A DNA stretch of 63,522 nucleotides, the filler included, from Chiloscyllium plagiosum (lineage: Eukaryota), in NCBI RefSeq assembly GCF_004010195.1. It is 4 parts of 2 records of this genome, joined end to end, with 100 filler letters (N's around TTAATTAATTAA, not from the genome) between each part and the next. Parts side by side here need not be neighbours in the genome. Positions count along the whole stretch, not along the records: positions 61,435 to 63,522 come from NC_057712.1; 3 more parts are not named here. One strand, 5' to 3'. Both the position numbers and the translations under genes were made by a program. The notes below the pieces were generated by a model. It had not been told where the DNA came from and did no database searches. It worked only from the letters and a program-made list of their open reading frames with translations. Of this stretch, positions 61,435-63,522 are shown in pieces (position 1 is the stretch's first letter; each line of letters begins with the position of its first letter).

Positions 61435-61740
61435 TAGGGTGGAAGGTAAGCACCAGGGGCGTTCTGTCCTTGTTACGGTTGGAGGGGTGGGGTCTGAGGG
61501 CGGTTCATCCCCTTCCCCCACTCACCTATTGTACTCTATGCTACTTTCTCCCCACCCCCACCCTCACCCTCCTCTAGCTTATCTCTCCACGCTTCAGGCT
61601 CTCTGCCTTTATTCCTGATGAAGGGCTTTTGCCCAAAACGTCGATTTTGCTGCTCCTCGGACGCTGCCTGAATTGCTGTGCTCTTCCAGCACCACTGATC
61701 CAGAGTCTGGTTTCCAGCATCTGCAGTCATTGTTTTTACC
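61435..61740 (+). mobile_element. Penelope-like element end: inverted ORF fragment (61435-61505) plus forward pLTR with hammerhead (G12 to A)
   Basis: Minus-strand PSNRNKDRTPLVLTFHP; attc ctgatga a gggc tttt gccc aaaac gtc gatt at 61611-61646. Confidence 0.85.
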
Positions 61741-63234
61741 TTTTATGTAATAGTCTAACTTTTCCTGATTAGTTATTTACATAATTTAGTTGGAATCCTC
61801 TGAATTTTCTGATTTAAATGGACACTTTCCAATGTCAATGATAAAGAAATTTGTCAGTGGAATCTTCAATTCCCCTGGTAATTCCTTAGAGTGTGATACA
61901 ATGGGAATTCTTCAGAGTTCCATTCTAAACTGGAATAATAACTATCTAGTCATTGTTTTATACATTCTTTCTCTCCATCTTTTCTATCTTTCTCAGTCCT
62001 ATTTTTGCTTCACTCTTCCTTCACCTCCCTTTATTTCAGTTTTTTGTTCATGATTTATACTGGATTAACTATTCTAATTTGCATTTCCTGGTTTCGACTC
62101 TGCTTGGGTCAGTGAGGATTCTTTAACCTGATTGGTTGAAGAGGTACACTGTTGCTCTGCTCACACAGACCCCCCTATAAAGGGAACTGTGTTGCTGTAT
62201 TGGAGACTATCCCCTCATGCTGCTCAATACGATTCAAAAAGCAGGAAAGCTAGGTTTTAGCTTTGATGTGTAATGAAAGGCAAGTAATGTTCTTCCATTG
62301 CTAACAGGCAATCTGAGTCAATGCACTGAAGAGTAGCTATTAAAAATTGTTGTTAATGTAAAGAATGAGCAACAGCATCTTATCAAAGATTTCTCCTTCT
62401 TATAACACGGCTACGTACATATTTGGAACATGGTGGCAAAAGGAGTCAATAAAATGTAAGTACATCATCAGAAGCTTATTGGTGGAGGTGGAGCTCCTGT
62501 TATTGTAAGATTTGTGATCTCAGTTATGGATCAATAGAGAGCTTTGTTACAAAGAAGGTCAGGGTTGGCCAAATGTCAGCAGAAAGGCATCGTGCCATGT
62601 CACTGATTGATGGCCAGCTAATTCTGGGGCTCATACAAAAAACAAGTGCTTTCCTACTTGGCTAGGACTCAAACTTCCCAACTTGAATGATGTCCAGAGA
62701 AGCATCAGGGTCTGAAAAGGATAGAAATTCACATTACTCCCTTGAATGTTTTATCTCCTTACCAGGCCATATTCCACATCCAAAACAAAGGGTTTCTACA
62801 AGAAGAAAGTAAGCTGTAAAACTCTCTATAAAGTAGTCCTTAAAAAAAAAGGTTTATTTGAGGAATGGACTTTCTTTTCCATCACAGACATTGGAATATT
62901 TAATGTTACAAGTCTTAATTAGTTCTAAATTTATATTGAGAGTAATGAATATGAAGCAGCCACAATCAATAATTATTGCCTTTGCCAAACAATTGGTGAT
63001 GATAGTCACAAATGCTTGTGAGTTTGATAAATGGCATTTATTTGTTGGTTGAAAGCACTATCAGGACATTGCACTGGATGAGTTGTCAGAACCAAAAGGC
63101 AACCTGTTTGAGGCAACATCCCACATGAATAACAGATTATGTCTGGAGGTTTGAGGTTTGAAAGTGGGCAAAATAAAACTGCCTGAGATAGCCTACCCTT
63201 TCCAATCGAGAAATACACTCAACGTCACTCTGTA

Positions 63235-63522
63235 TGAGCCATTGGGAGGGAGTGACCATAATACAATAAGCTTCAATCTGCAATTTGAGAGGGAGAGGGT
63301 ACAATCGGAAGTGACAATATTTCTATCGAATAAAGGGAACTATGGAACTATGAGGGAGGAGCTGGCCAAAGTTTAATGGTGCAATACCTTAAGAAACATA
63401 TAAAGTTAAAAGAGAAAAAGTATAACATAGCAAAGATAAGTGGGAAAACGGAGGACTGGGAAGCTTTTAAAGAACAACAGAGGAATACTAAGAAGGAAAT
63501 ACGCAGAGAAAAAATGAGGTAC
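63235..63522 (+). mobile_element. CR1 ORF2 fragment, same subfamily as 59430-61334
   Basis: EPLGGSDHNTISFNLQFERERV nearly identical to 61010-61140; internal deletion near 63390. Confidence 0.9.

Noticed and set aside
61790..61877. Possible exon ag|LESSEFSDLNGHFPMSMIKKFVSGIFNSP|gtaatt
   Set aside because: Weak polypyrimidine tract, unrecognised peptide and no partner exons; cannot be supported without RNA data

Overview
Vertebrate genomic DNA, almost certainly a shark or other elasmobranch (HE1-type SINEs, CR1/HER1-type LINEs, Deu-domain SINE, Penelope-like elements). It comprises four contigs joined by artificial 100-nt spacers (44 N + TTAATTAATTAA + 44 N), so adjacency across 22069-22168, 42884-42983 and 61335-61434 is not biological evidence. 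The only recognisable host genes are in contig 1: a head-to-head pair on a compact GC/CpG-rich bidirectional promoter. These are TSTD2 (minus strand, coding exons 8479-8354 and 7546-7206) and NCBP1/CBP80 (plus strand, coding exon 1 at 8813-8846), followed by a ~2.2-kb 40-bp minisatellite in NCBP1 intron 1. The rest is mostly nested retroelements (CR1, RTE, Gypsy, SINEs, one Tigger-like MITE). The most interesting signal is a set of short Penelope-derived elements carrying minimal type I hammerhead ribozyme motifs in three distinct sequence families. All three share an extra A after CUGANGA and show covarying stem II; the two intact families have a palindromic zero-loop stem III. Several copies are inverted pairs or ORF-less insertions with target-site duplications. 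Also notable are a candidate alternative TSTD2 first micro-exon inside NCBP1 intron 1 and several locally templated insertions. All family assignments come from recalled motifs, not database searches, and repeat boundaries are approximate.
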